Shown here piece by piece: positions 1 through 13,419 of a stretch of DNA of 64,000 bases. Origin of the DNA: Octopus sinensis (Eukaryota). Location: NCBI RefSeq assembly GCF_006345805.1, contig NC_042999.1, positions 80,600,001 through 80,664,000 of the forward strand. The letters run 5' to 3'. The notes under the pieces were generated by a model. The model saw only the letters and a list, made by a program, of their open reading frames with translations. It searched no databases and was not told the origin of the DNA. Within the stretch, counting starts at the first letter, position 1. Each line of letters begins with the position of its first letter. The position numbers were made by a program, and so were the translations under genes.

Positions 1-444
1 ACTCTCCGTTTCATCCAGAACTGCAGCTCGGTTAAGGAGACGTGCTATCAAACGGCGATAACAGCTACTCACCGTTAAGTTAGCGCTGGAGGTCTGTTTC
101 TAAGGTTCTCTTTACTGAATGATATTTTGTAATTTCTTGGCAAAGTTATAGAAACTCTAGTCTACGAGGATATAGCTATATATCATTCCTCTTAACTGAA
201 CTCTAGAACGAGTAATCGATGCTCCCGAACTAAACGAGAGTATTACAAAGTAGGTTCAGAATTTAAAGTATTGCATTTTGCCGTAACTTTTGAGTGCTTT
301 CTTTCCTGTAAATCTAAAACAAGTCTATGATGCCCAATACGAACACGTTGTTACTATATAGCAACCAACACAACTGGTAGCAGAATTCGTGAGAATGTTT
401 TTCAGAAAATATGGCAACTGAAATTGGATGAAAATTTTGACACA

Positions 445-995
445 AAGGGATAAATCCATCACATCGACCCTAATTTTCAAGTGTACTTATTTCGACACCC
501 GAAACGATGAAAGCAATATCAACTTAGGTGGAATTTGATGTCACAACGTAAGACACACAACATGCCACTAAGAATTCTTCTCGGCATGCTAACAATTCTT
601 TTCTATTCTAGGTACAAGGTCCGCAATTTTGGGGGAAGGGGCCAGTCATTTAGATCGACCCCAGTACGCAACTGGTACTTAATCTATCAACCCCGAAAGA
701 ATGAAAACAATGTCGCCCTCGGCGGAATTTGAACTCAGAATGTAAAGACAGACAAAATACCTATTTTTATTACTACCCACAGGGGGCTAAACATAGAGAG
801 GACAAACAAGGACAGATAAAGGGATCAAGTCGATCATATCTACCCCAGTGCGTAACTGGTACGCATTTAATCGACCCCAAAAGGATGAAAGGCAAAGTCG
901 ACCTCGGCGGAATTTGAACTCAGAATGTAACGGCAGGCGAAATACCGCTAAGCATTACGCTCAGCATGCTAACGTATCTGCAAGCTCGCCGTCTT
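445..995 (-). mobile_element. Cluster of tRNA-derived Nin-domain SINE copies (partial ~445-540; copies ~600-755 and ~756-995)
   Basis: Minus strand shows a head with A-box-like ttagca and B-box gttcaaattcc, followed by the Nin/Deu-like core gcctttcatccttttggggtcgattaaa. The same family recurs at 22.3, 44.3, 46.5 and 47.8 kb. Confidence 0.8.
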
Positions 996-1876
996 ACATC
1001 TAGCAACTGATTTTTCACTCAATAAATGCACAAGCAATGTATCCGGATAAAAACCTAATGCTGGTTTTAGTTGACAAGAGCTGTTTGAACAAATCACTCT
1101 TCAGTCAGACCATCAAAGCGACGGGAACTGAGGAAGCGATATAGACCCCAAAATCCTTTAAACTGTGAACAGCACAAACTGTTTTAATATTGACTATTAA
1201 ATCATTAATAATATATTATATAACTATCAGTATTATCACTTAATGTCGTCAAGAATGAAATACAGATGATGATGATGATGATGATGACGACGACGACGGT
1301 GACGTTGGTGGTGCTGAAGGTCGCTGTCATGAGAAGTGGGAGGAAGTTACGTGGAGAGGGAGGAGTAAAGAAGACAAAGCAACGCAATACTCTATATGTA
1401 GACAAAAAACGAAAGCAAAAACAATAGCATCATCATCATCAGCAGCAGCAGTAGCAGCAGCGGCGATAGTAGCAGCGAGTTTAACAAAAGGAAATAACAA
1501 AAATAAGATAATTGTAAGGAAGAATGTATATGAAATATTTATAATTATAAATGTGAAATGCACTAAATGCTTTTAAAGCAAAACAATCTTCATTTCCAGA
1601 CTAAATATGATTGTATACAAATAATACCTCATTTCAGATGAACATTTTTGCTATTCACTTCTCTGTTAGTACATTTGTCAAAATTCGTCTTTTGTTAATG
1701 CTTTTCCAATAGTTATTTATATTTCATTTTGGAAGTCATTCATTAAAGGCAACAAAGAAATATGAGACTGACCGAAAGTGTTATTTGTAACTTGTTTATG
1801 CATACAAATACACTAACTCACTCACTGACACAAAGCGCACGCAGACATATGCACACATATTTACATCTCTCTTTCA

Positions 1877-1936
<60 letters not shown>

Positions 1937-2014
1937 ATATAAGTGTGCGTGTATATATTTACATATCTATATATGTATGTATATATATATATTATATATA
2001 TATATATATATATG

Positions 2015-2064
<50 letters not shown>

Positions 2065-2214
2065 GGAAAAGTTATACAAAATGTATAAATAGATGATGGA
2101 TAAAGCACCGGCACGGTTTAGGTTACCTGTTGTTTTCAGTAGATTTACTCTAGAAACTTCGCAGTAGCATTTGGGGTAATATATATATATGTGTGTGTGT
2201 GTGTGTTCAAAATG

Positions 2215-2405
2215 TGACCGCGTGTGTACTGTTGGCGATTTTTTTCCTCCGTCTTCCCTTCTCTGGATCTTTCCTTTTCCTATGTTTCTGGCGAAGTGCT
2301 CCGCTCGAAACATTAAACACTCCTTCTTTCCTTCTTTCCTGAGCATCCAATAATACTATACTTGTTTCACGTCTTCGCGTGTTGTGTTTTCATGTTTGGA
2401 TTAAC
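2215..2405 (+). mobile_element. ~190-bp non-autonomous element carrying a minimal hammerhead-like motif (family C, copy 1)
   Basis: Homologous to 40895-41090 and 49853-50045 in the opposite orientation. Motif at 2284-2318: gttt-CTGGCGA-a-gtgc tcc gctc-GAAA-cat-t-aaac (A6 to G, stems damaged). Flanked by (TA)n/(TG)n. Confidence 0.6.
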
Positions 2406-2419
2406 TTTATATATATATA

Positions 2420-2459
<40 letters not shown>

Positions 2460-2888
2460 GGCGTGTGTGTATAAGCAATAAAAACAGATTTGGATCGGTA
2501 ATCATCTAGCACTCTGTACTTGAGAAGTTCCAATTTGTTAATTTTTACCTGTATTCACCTGTGGAAAAAGATTTTTTTACATGATGTAATAATTCTCTTC
2601 ATTAAAAAAAAAAACACGTCTGAAACAGTTGTATTAAACTACAATCCGTCTGTTGATGTTGTCTATAGTTGAAATCACTCGGAACCTGCAATTCATTTGG
2701 ATCTAAAATCCATAGAAGGCGATGCAATAGGTGCATATGATCTTAGTGACTCCTTTTTTATTCAGTCAGCCATTTGTGAATGATACCTTCCGTTGTCAAT
2801 GAAATAAGTATCAGTTGAACACTGGGATCAATGTAATCGGTTTGTACCCCTATCAACATTTCAGGCCTTGTTCCTATTGTAGTAAGCA

Positions 2889-2926
2889 TTATTATTATTA
2901 TTACTATTATTATTATTATTATTATT

Positions 2927-2959
<33 letters not shown>

Positions 2960-3011
2960 ATTGTTATTGTTATTGTTATTGTTATTGTTATTATTGTTAT
3001 TGTTATTTTTG

Positions 3012-3057
<46 letters not shown>

Positions 3058-3078
3058 CATCATCATCATCATCACCAT
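2889..3078. repeat. Compound (TAT)n/(TGT)n/(CAT)n microsatellite, tail/target of the adjacent R4/Dong-like element
   Basis: Directly visible; repeated at ~4170-4346. Confidence 0.95.
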
Positions 3079-3080
3079 TA

Positions 3081-4028
3081 TTCCTTCGTAACGCAGTGTA
3101 GGTCATCTGTCACAACAAGGATGTCACACACATAATATTTTCCTTAAGATGTGCGCTGTGCCCAATAAGGTTGCTTTTTGCAAGACATCAATCTTGCATG
3201 GGATTTCTGGTTGCCTTAAGAAGTCTTGAAGTTTCAATGGTATTGATCCCAACACTCCGATCACCACTAGTATCCCTCTCGCATTCCATAGAATCTTACC
3301 ATTTCTACTTTCAATTGAGAGTACTTGGTGATTTTTCCAACCACTTTACTCACAAAATTCATGTCATCAATGATCTGACAGTATTTGTTTCTCTTATTCA
3401 ATATGAAAATATCCGGCCGACGCTGTTCGATTACACGATCCATCTCAAAATCATAGTCCCAGATTATCGTACTTTTTCATCCTCCTGCATAACTTTACTT
3501 GGTACATGCTCATACCAGTTCTCTGTTACTTCATATTGGTATTTACGGCATAAGAGCCAATGAGAATACACACACACTTTATCGTGGCAGTGCTTGTACT
3601 CTTTTTGCGCAAGGCTCTCATGCACTTACCAAGTGGGACACATTTTCTGCACTGTTTGCGCAGAGTCCGCATTTCTGGATGTCAGGAGTTTTATAGATGT
3701 TATACCTCATTGGTCTTGTGCAGCAATGCTCTCGATTTCGTTGGTATGTTTCAAATCTTCTCGCTCAAACGATGCCCACGATGCTGTATTATCCTTAACG
3801 TCTTGTGTATTCCAATCAAACTGTTCGTGTATTTGGTTAAACTCTTCTTGGCCCATCATTTCATCTGCATTTATACCAATATCTTTCGCCGAATATTGCA
3901 GCAGGTCTTCATCACTATCTACTAAATACTCGGCAAGCATTCTCCTTTCACTTCTTATACGATGGTCTATATTAATTAGTCCTCTGCCACCATTCTTTCT
4001 TTTCATACAGAGTCTGTTCACGTTGCTT

Positions 4029-4030
<2 letters not shown>
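3081..4030 (-). mobile_element. 5'-truncated R4/Dong-like non-LTR retrotransposon 3' fragment with decayed restriction-like endonuclease (RLE) domain, copy 1
   Basis: Minus-strand frameshifted translation gives RKNGGRGLI, ESIAAQDQ, LAQKEYKHCHDKV..HWLLCRKY..NWYEHVP, IIWDYDFEMDRVIEQRRPDIFILNKRNKYCQIID and VVIGVLGSIP..LQKATLLGTAHILRKIL*, matching the R4/Dong C-terminal pattern. Embedded in (TAA)/(TAG)-type repeats. Confidence 0.85.
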
Positions 4031-4074
<44 letters not shown>

Positions 4075-4112
4075 GCTGCTGCTACTACTACTACTACTAC
4101 TACTACTACTAA

Positions 4113-4146
<34 letters not shown>

Positions 4147-4280
4147 ACTACTACTACTACTACTACTACTATTATTATTATTATTATTATTATTGTTGTT
4201 GTTGTTGTTGTTGTGTTGTTGTTGTTGTTATTGTTATTGTTATTGTTATGTTATTGTTATTATTGTTATTGTTATTTTTG

Positions 4281-4311
<31 letters not shown>

Positions 4312-4348
4312 ATTATTATTATTATCATCATCATCATCATCACCATTA

Positions 4349-5295
4349 TTCCTTCGTAACGCAGTGTAGGTCATCTGTCACAACAAGGATGTCACACACA
4401 TAATATTTTCCTTAAGATGTGCGCTGTGCCCAATAAGGTTGCTTTTTGCAAGACATCAATCTTGCATGGGATTTCTGGTTGCCTTAAGAAGTCTTGAAGT
4501 TTCAATGGTATTGATCCCAACACTCCGATCACCACTAGTATCCCTCTCGCATTCCATAGAATCTTACCATTTCTACTTTCAATTGAGAGTACTTGGTGAT
4601 TTTTCCAACCACTTTACTCACAAAATTCATGTCATCAATGATCTGACAGTATTGTTTCTCTTATTCAATATGAAAATATCCGGCCGACGCTGTTCGATTA
4701 CACGATCCATCTCAAAATCATAGTCCCAGATTATCGTACTTTTTCATCCTCCTGCATAACTTTACTTGGTACATGCTCATACCAGTTCTCTGTTACTTCA
4801 TATTGGTATTTACGGCATAAGAGCCAATGAGAATACACACACACTTTATCGTGGCAGTGCTTGTACTCTTTTTGCGCAAGGCTCTCATGCACTTACCAAG
4901 TGGGACACATTTTCTGCACTGTTTGCGCAGAGTCCGCATTTCTGGATGTCAGGAGTTTTATAGATGTTATACCTCATTGGTCTTGTGCAGCAATGCTCTC
5001 GATTTCGTTGGTATGTTTCAAATCTTCTCGCTCAAACGATGCCCACGATGCTGTATTATCCTTAACGTCTTGTGTATTCCAATCAAACTGTTCGTGTATT
5101 TGGTTAAACTCTTCTTGGCCCATCATTTCATCTGCATTTATACCAATATCTTTCGCCGAATATTGCAGCAGGTCTTCATCACTATCTACTAAATACTCGG
5201 CAAGCATTCTCCTTTCACTTCTTATACGATGGTCTATATTAATTAGTCCTCTGCCACCATTCTTTCTTTTCATACAGAGTCTGTTCACGTTGCTT

Positions 5296-5297
<2 letters not shown>
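4349..5297 (-). mobile_element. R4/Dong-like RLE retrotransposon fragment, copy 2 (tandem duplicate, offset 1267-1268)
   Basis: Near-identical to 3081-4030; ORF translations 3707-4021 and 4974-5288 are identical. One 1-nt indel seen (gtatttgtttc vs gtattgtttc). Confidence 0.85.
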
Positions 5298-5347
<50 letters not shown>

Positions 5348-5385
5348 GCTGCTGCTACTACTACTACTACTACTACTACTACTAA

Positions 5386-5419
<34 letters not shown>

Positions 5420-5442
5420 ACTACTACTACTACTACTACTAC

Positions 5443-5474
<32 letters not shown>

Positions 5475-6699
5475 GTAGTAGTAGTAGTCATATACACTCA
5501 ACATATTAGACTGTTGGAAAAGAAAAAATCCTAACATCGGACGACAAGTTGCCTTAGATACCAAGAACCCTCCTAATAGCTTACAGCAAGTAACCTCATT
5601 ATTCTTCTTATTGTTATTGCTGTTGTTATTGTTTTGTTATAATATCTAAATATAATGCATCTGCGATTAATAAGGGAGTTATTTCCCTTTGTGTGGTTTA
5701 CCTCCATATATCTAACGCTTGCACTTTTCTGTATAAATCCTTGACATTGTACTTCCATTACTATCGAAACTATTCATTTTTCAAAGATCTTATTTTGTAT
5801 CGTACTTGTAGTTTTAACTATAATGATCATACGGTGTAGTTCAAAATTCTACCTCGGTATCACTAATGCCAGATAAATTCTTGCTAGGACAATTATGTAA
5901 AATATAGTTTTAAAGAAATCTTTCAAAGATAAAACGCTTGTAAAAAAGTTGTAGCTGCATTGATCAAAAGTAATTGAAGCAACATGATATCCAAGATATG
6001 CTGTCATTTTATTTTTCATCCTATTCCGCAAAAGCCAGTAAGTTTTCGAATGGCTAACAAGAATAAAGAAAAGAAATATGGGAACCTCATTATAGCCACG
6101 GAATATAATAATACACAATTTTAGTTATTTAATGGCATTATACAAAGCTTATCATACAGACAGAATTCTTTGACATATGTTACGAAAAAAGAACAGATAA
6201 GTCGTTCTGACCTTTATACATCGCCAGCTGAAGATATTCATTGTTATATTTCTGAAACTGAATAGCTAAGTCCAATTTAAAACTTTGAACATAAGGAAAA
6301 TATCAAGTTTTTAACGACTAGGCCCAAAGACTTTTAATACTCGGAAAAATTGAAATGCAAATTACTCAGGAAGTTAATATGACATTGGTAAAGTATTTTA
6401 GAGGCAATCTCTCGTACTGACTTCGCGATATAGTTTATTGCTTCCCAAAATTCGGAGGAAAAATCTGTGTAAGGAAGCTCGTGTTCATATTAACATTACA
6501 ATTTGAAAATATCAGAGGCAAGCAAGTTATTGAACAGGGTACATATAATGCGAGGCGCAATCCCACTACAGCTAATCGTTCCTGTAATTCCCACGAGGTA
6601 GATAGGTTTTATTTAAACGGCTATGAAGAATCATTATTTTCCTGAAATTAGGAATCAATGAATAAATCCAATTCAGCATTTATAATAAGATACAATCAG

Positions 6700-6860
6700 C
6701 ATGTGGCTGTGTATTAAGAAGCTTGCTTCCCAACCACATGGTTCCGAGTTCGGGCCTACTGTGTGACCCCTCTACACTATGGTCTTGGGTTGACCAAAGC
6801 CTTGTGAGTGGATTTGGTAGACGGAGACTGAGACAAACTCGTCTTGTATTTATATATATC
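6700..6860 (+). mobile_element. 5' part of long tRNA-derived SINE (family B)
   Basis: gtggctgtgtattaagaagcttgcttcccaaccacatggttccgagttcgggcc matches the head of the copy at 40066-40480. Confidence 0.75.
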
Positions 6861-7429
6861 AATAAAGTACAATAAATAGTAAATAGCAGTAAAAAGACTA
6901 TGCGCGTTTCGTGGCTATATTTTCAAGTAGATAATAATAATAAAATCAATTCGATTTAAAATTCAATCTATCTAAAATTAATTCTATTTCAAAATATAGT
7001 CACTCATCTATAATAATACATAATAAAAAAATAATAATAGAATGAATATAATTATCGTAACTTATACTAATTATCTAACAAATTTATAAAAATATGTGTA
7101 TTAACTATAAATAATCAAAAACCTTTTAACAATATTTCTTAAATTAAAAATCATAAGTTATCTTATCGAAGGATTTTCGTTAACTAAAAATTTAAACGTA
7201 ATACGTAGAACTTAGCGTTTATAAGAAATATATCGTGTGAAAATATGGCGAAAATAGAATTTATGGAAGAAAATAAATAGAAATATGTATTTAAGCTATT
7301 AAAATTATAAATGTATTTTACCTGTGGGAATAAGAAAAAAGTTAACTTAATATACCATTTACTGGAAAAATTGTAAAGTCTAAATAATTTAAATACTAAA
7401 TGCGTATATATACATATATTTTTTTTATT

Positions 7430-7560
7430 CATTTACTTGTTGTAGTAATGTGTCTGCGGCCATACTGAAGCAGCGCCTTAAGGAGTGTTAGTCAAAGAAA
7501 TCTACTCCAAGACTTATTCTTTGTAAGCCTAGTACTTATTCTATCGGTCTCTTTTAGATG
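7430..7560 (-). mobile_element. 3' fragment of SINE family B
   Basis: gacttattctttgtaagcctagtacttattctatcggtc is shared with 40150-40190. Confidence 0.7.
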
Positions 7561-10500
7561 TGTTGAGGTTCCTTACAGCTTTTTCAAGTCGTGAGGATCA
7601 ACTTACACTGTGTCTTATTTATGTGAATGGTCCTAAGTGTCAAATTTTACTGTTAATTCACTTGTAGAACAGTTTTTGTTTTTTTTTTAAACATAATGTA
7701 ATATTTTTGTTCATCAATACAGAACACCCTGGAATAGATTAGTGAACATCAAGCCATCCGTGTTATTGTACACACGTGCGCACGCACGCACACACACACA
7801 CACACACACACGCACACACACATTCACACACATGCACACACACATTGGGTCTTATTTACATCATTAACTAAATCAAAAGGAACTACGGTAAAATTTATGT
7901 TCATTAATTCAAACAGACATCCTCGGAAGATCTAAATCAAATTATAGCTAGTCACAAGGACGCTAGCAGGCTTATATTTTCTAGGAACATTGAATTCCAT
8001 ATATATTCAATATTGTTTGTCATATATAGTCAATATTGTTTGTCTAATACATTAAAAAAATACTAGTCGCAGTGGAACAGACATCACACACAATACAATA
8101 TTGGTGAGCATAGCAGCAAAATCAAATGGAAAAACTTTCTAAAATGAGCAAACGCAACAACATATTACTGCGATTGCCGGCTTTAATCGATATCAGACAA
8201 AAATGCGGAGCCAGCAAAAGACATCATCACGTCCTTATTTCCATTACTATTAAACCTCTAAACCAGGCACAATTGGTGAATACCAGGGAAGTCATTCACA
8301 GCAACAACAACAAACGCTAGCGCTGAATGACGAGAAATACCCCTTTATAACAGTCCTACCCGGTCCACTTATGAGTATAGTTATGCGATAAAGGCCGAAA
8401 TGGAAATAAGTAGAATTTGATCTTAAATGAAGTTACGCTTGCTTAAGAAGGAATTATTTATGAATATATTCCGAACATAATATTCACCATTTTCTCATTG
8501 CTTAACGTTTCGTGCATAACTTTTATAGTGTTTTCTGAGATATGCAGATGAATAAAGCACACGGCCAGAAAGTAATTGACTGTAATTTTGTGTCACTATA
8601 TTAATCTCTTGTCGAAGAGCAGAATACCTCTGGGATCTTATTTATCTTTCGTTTCCACAGAATTATGTGGAATCATTGTGGTTAATCACTATGGAACAGC
8701 AGTAAATTCCCTAGAAGCTCTGCATTTTTCATTCCAGAGAGATAGCCTAATTAAGATATTGAAATTGTGACCACTCGATAGATATATCAATCGTCTGCCA
8801 CATATCTGCATTTCCTAACTATGATATCATACACCAGTACCATATATATTCTATGTTTACAGGGTAAAAAAAAAAAAATTAAAAGAGATATCGTAAATCA
8901 TTCAGTTCGATTAGCCCTCTTTGCTTTTCTTAACGTCAAAGAAAACATTTATTACTTTCTTCGGAATATACTCTTATATATTTCGAGAGAGATGAGTAAA
9001 AGAAAACTATCTATATTTTTCTAAACAGTAAGCTATTCTACATTTATTACGTGTTTTATCATCCGTGGAAGTCAAACAGGCAGTTCTTTAAAATGAAATT
9101 TGGTCCAGTAATGAATCAAAAGAATTTACTGCATATCATTTATGAAGACTTTCACAATTTTTTATATTAAATATTTGTGCGTTCAAATCTTGTCTCAGCT
9201 GAACGTGAGGAAATGAGCACTGTTACTCTTCGTTCTGTACAAGTGAAATCAATGCTATTTGGACTGTATAATTCAATTCTCAAAATTCCCAGACATTGGA
9301 CTGGACGAGAGCACATAAATCAATAGCGAAAGGTGAAGAACCGGTATGTTAAATTTAATATATTAACAATTACATTGTCGCGTTTACAACGTATAACTGT
9401 CTTGGCTTCTCTAGATATCTTCTCATTATATATAATATGCATTTTGAAAAGTGTAAACGGAAACGTTCTTATCCTTGCACGTGGATATATGATTCTATAA
9501 AGTACGTAAAGATAAGGAATAGAGAAGTGCAATAGAAAGCCTCTAGTGTCTATGTATCATCATTGCAGATCAATGAAACGCTGAATAATTTTGCAGAGTT
9601 TACACTGTTGATGGTAGTAAGCCGTATTATCTTGTGATAACTACTTACAGATTTTTGTACCAGGCTGAGGAAAGTTAAGATTCTTAGCTATAGATACAAT
9701 GTAGCATGGTATGTTAATATAGAATACTACTATTCAACTAATTGTAAGATATATATCGACCCATATTTGACAATTCACTGGATACAATATGAAGTGGATC
9801 TGGAAAATAAGAAGAGAATTTGCGCAGATACTTTAGTTGACCAAATCTATTCACACAATGACCATTGAACACTTTATGAACATTCGGAGACTTCATTATA
9901 AAACATCCAATATTTTAATACACGATTTCAGAATTTCCTTCTTCTTTGGAACAAATACTACCATGTGTATCACTTTTTTTTTTCATTTTGATAATTGCAT
10001 CTCAAGTACACTATAGAATAGCTGGCATCCAATATGCTGAGCAACTCGCACATTCTACAGTGCTAATTACGACCAGCCTGATAAAGAATAATCTTGTTTA
10101 CAGTTGACCTACATTGTTTTCTGAGAAATGTTAGTCATTGTATATGAGCGTACACCACAAAGAATATAAGAAATATATTGTCTAGACTAATAATACAGTA
10201 AGTTCAAATAGGTTGATATTATAAAGTGTAGGTTGTATGGACTTAGAAAATCGCTAAAAGTAATAAAACTCAGCAGGTGGTTTAAAATAAGACAAATAGC
10301 TAAAGAAATAAATTGTGACACAGGAAATAGTACTCTTCCTCGCTTTCAATTAAGCAATAATTTGAAGCAATTCTAATACGTTCTGTGTATGAAACTGTTT
10401 TCTTTTATCTTTTACTGCCGTCATGCTATTGTAGTTCTAGCAACATTCCCACTGGAAGCAAATATTAAAAATGTTGAACATATAATAAGTTGAAGTGAAA

Positions 10501-11114
10501 TAATCCAGTTCAAGTATCGAAGCACAAGTCCGGTGCTGAATTATAAAAAAAATCATGACTTCCAGATTTTCATTTGTTTAATGGAACTGTTGTTACATTC
10601 TTTCTTTCTTCAAAGAAAATCATTTCACAGTTAATATCCATATATACTTTTACACATGCACACATACAATTAGACAGGTTACAGTATTCTCTCACCTCAT
10701 TCTCCTCTGATGATTACCCAATATTTCCTTTGAACTCAAATCTATAGAATTACCTTTGCGCCTATTAATTTTTTTCCTACAGTTATAAACGAAAAGCTAA
10801 AACTGAACAGCATAGATCACACTTATTTACGAATGTATTCGAAAGTCGTGTGTACCTTGCTGCGTCTTTAGAATAAAGTAATATATATATATATATATAT
10901 ATACATTTCTCTCCACGGGTTTATTCGTAGGATAGACTGATTTTCTCGTCGCTGAAACAATTATCATGAGTTGGATATTTGACTTTGCTATAGACAGAAC
11001 AATAGCTTTTCCTTTGTATTAAGCTATTTCTCAGCTGCCTTTTGTATAATATTTACCGTTACTTACTGGAAATTTTGACACAAACAAAACAACTAACATA
11101 CCATAACAGCAAGA

Positions 11115-11168
<54 letters not shown>

Positions 11169-12146
11169 TATTTTTTAATTTTTTAATTCATTAATATCAA
11201 CTCACTATCCATGAAATTTGAATAATTTACTCTTCTAAATCACCTTCCCTCATATTATAAAATATCACATTCTACTAAATCTATGAATATCTTCTTTCTT
11301 TGATTTTTCCCTCTTCCATCTTTCTTAGTATATATTTTGACCCATAATAGGTTCACTTGATTAATAAGGCTTTTTCTCCCAGTTAATAAGTACTATGCCT
11401 ACTCATAATAAGTGATAGTCTTTTTCTCCAAATTGAATACATTTTAGATTTATATTTTTCCTTTATTCTAACGTGTCAAAGTATTTGGAACTTATTGACC
11501 AACTGTTGTGATGATGTGCATATGGTTTGTAAGGTCTCTGCATTCTCTGTGAATGTTATTGTGACCACTTGACATTGACCTAGTTCTCCTAACGCCGAAT
11601 CTGTTCATCAAATAGTAGTAATTGGCATTTAGTAGTAACAATGCTGTCTTCTACATAAATTCCTTATATGGAGCTCTGAAATCCCCTTTATCCCATTTCT
11701 ATAATTAGAAAATCTTTATTGTCTCCTTCCACTTATTCCTCCCTCTCAGAACCTTACAGTAGTCTGGAACAACCGAATCTTAGTCATTCAGTTGATGGGC
11801 TCCACTACCACAAATGTTCTTAAAATTTAAATCCACATCTTTGTCTATATATCTACCTTCTCTATAATGTTGCCACTTGATATGAAAATGTTTGTATTAA
11901 TGGAAAACCTCTATAATTGGCTGATGGGTGCTCAGCATATTACAACATTTAATAAAATGATGTAGTACGAAACGATCGTACCAAATTACCGGAGTCATTC
12001 TTGCTGCTTATGTTGATTATATATATATATCTCAGGAGGCACATATACCGGTGTCTGAAATTCAGTGTTTATTAATTTTATTATGCATATCGAAATCTGC
12101 GAATGAACACTGCCAACTTACCGGTCAGACAAGACATCTTAAATTA

Positions 12147-13419
12147 AAGGTTGAGTAAAAAGTAAGCAACGTTTTGAACGATGAAGAATTTGTAACGGAT
12201 TTTGCAGAGTTTTGAATATCTTTAGAGCAATTTTTGCAATTATCTGATAGTACAGACATAGACTTATCTAAATGCATCAATAAATTAACATTGATATTTT
12301 TTTACCGTTGTTTTCACCATCTGAAATGGAACTGTCGAAGCGCGATATTCGAGCAATTTTGCAATTCAACTTTAAAAAAGGACGTAAATCATCTGAAACA
12401 GCACGCGATATCCAAGAAACGTTTAGTGAAGAAATGACCAGTAAGTGGTCAGCTCGCAAATGGTTTAAACGTTTACGGTGTGGAGACTTGAGCCTTGAAG
12501 ATCGTAAGCGTAGTGGACGTCCATCTGTCATCGATGATGGTCAATTAAAGACCTTCATTGAGAAAGATCCAAGTAAAACCACTCGTGAACTGGTAAAATA
12601 ACTTGAAGTTAGCCAGAAAAATGACTGCAACCATTTGCATGCGATTAGAAAATCAAAAAAGCTCGACAAATGGGTAGCACACGACTTGAATGAAAATCAG
12701 AAAATGCGCAGATATGGAATTTGCTTGTCGCTTCTTGTCCAGAACCAGATCGATCAATTTCCCGACTGTATTGTAAATTGCTATGCAAAGTGGATTCTGT
12801 ACAAAGAAAGCGTTCTTCGCAGTAGTTGGACCAAAATGAAGCAGCAAAAACTTTCCCTAAATCCGAGCTCTTCAAAAAACAAAGTTATGGTGGTTTGTTG
12901 GTGGTGTACCGCTAGACTCACGCACTATAATTTCTTAAAATTCGGAAAAAACATTACTGCAGAACCATTGCCATGAAATTGTCAAAATGAACGAAAAATT
13001 GCTACTCCTCCCTCCCAGACTGGTCAACAGAAGAAAGGCAATAATCCTTCATGAGAATGCTCGACCACAAGTTTCACAAATTACACTCTAGAAGTTGAAG
13101 GCACTTGGTTACGAAGTCCTTCCCCACCCAGCCTATTCCCCAGACCTTTCGCTAACCGACTATCACTTTTTCAAGCACTTTGACGGTTTCCTGTGAGGAA
13201 AGGAGTTCAAAAATCAAACCGACGCAGAAAGTTCGTTCAAAGAGTACATCAGCTCCAGAACACCAGATTTATATATTACCAGAATAAACAAACTTGTAAC
13301 TCGTTGGCAAAAATGTATTGCTTGCGATGGTACTTACTTCGATGAATAAAATTTCCGCATTGTTGAAATATAGATGAATTTCAAGTTTTAAAACGTTGCT
13401 TACTTTTTATTCAGCCTGA
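12147..13419 (+). mobile_element. Full-length decayed mariner DNA transposon (~1.27 kb)
   Basis: TIRs aaggttgagtaaaaagtaagcaacgtttt (from 12147) and aaaacgttgcttactttttattcagcctga (13390-13419), with TA on both sides; the transposase remnant lies inside. Confidence 0.92.
12326..13349 (+). pseudogene. Mariner transposase pseudogene (frameshifts and stops)
   Basis: MELSKRDIRAILQFNFKKG..EDRKRSGRPS (HTH), KWVAHDL (WVPHEL-like), HENARP, HPAYSPDLSLTDYHFF (YSPDL motif), ends DGTYFDE*. Confidence 0.9.

Noticed and set aside
535-917. Two ORFs both ending in LGGI
   Set aside because: Antisense read-through of tandem SINE copies, not a gene pair.
1075-1100. Minus-strand CTGAAGA with a GUC-like site
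   Set aside because: GAAA is incomplete and stem I does not pair.
6225-6265. CTGAAGA..GAAA spacing
   Set aside because: No stem II adjacent to the core and no stem I or III.
11340-11950. Possible decayed LINE reverse transcriptase on the minus strand (YVEDSIV, SKYFDTL)
   Set aside because: Only isolated, weak motif resemblances across many stops. A translated profile search would be needed.
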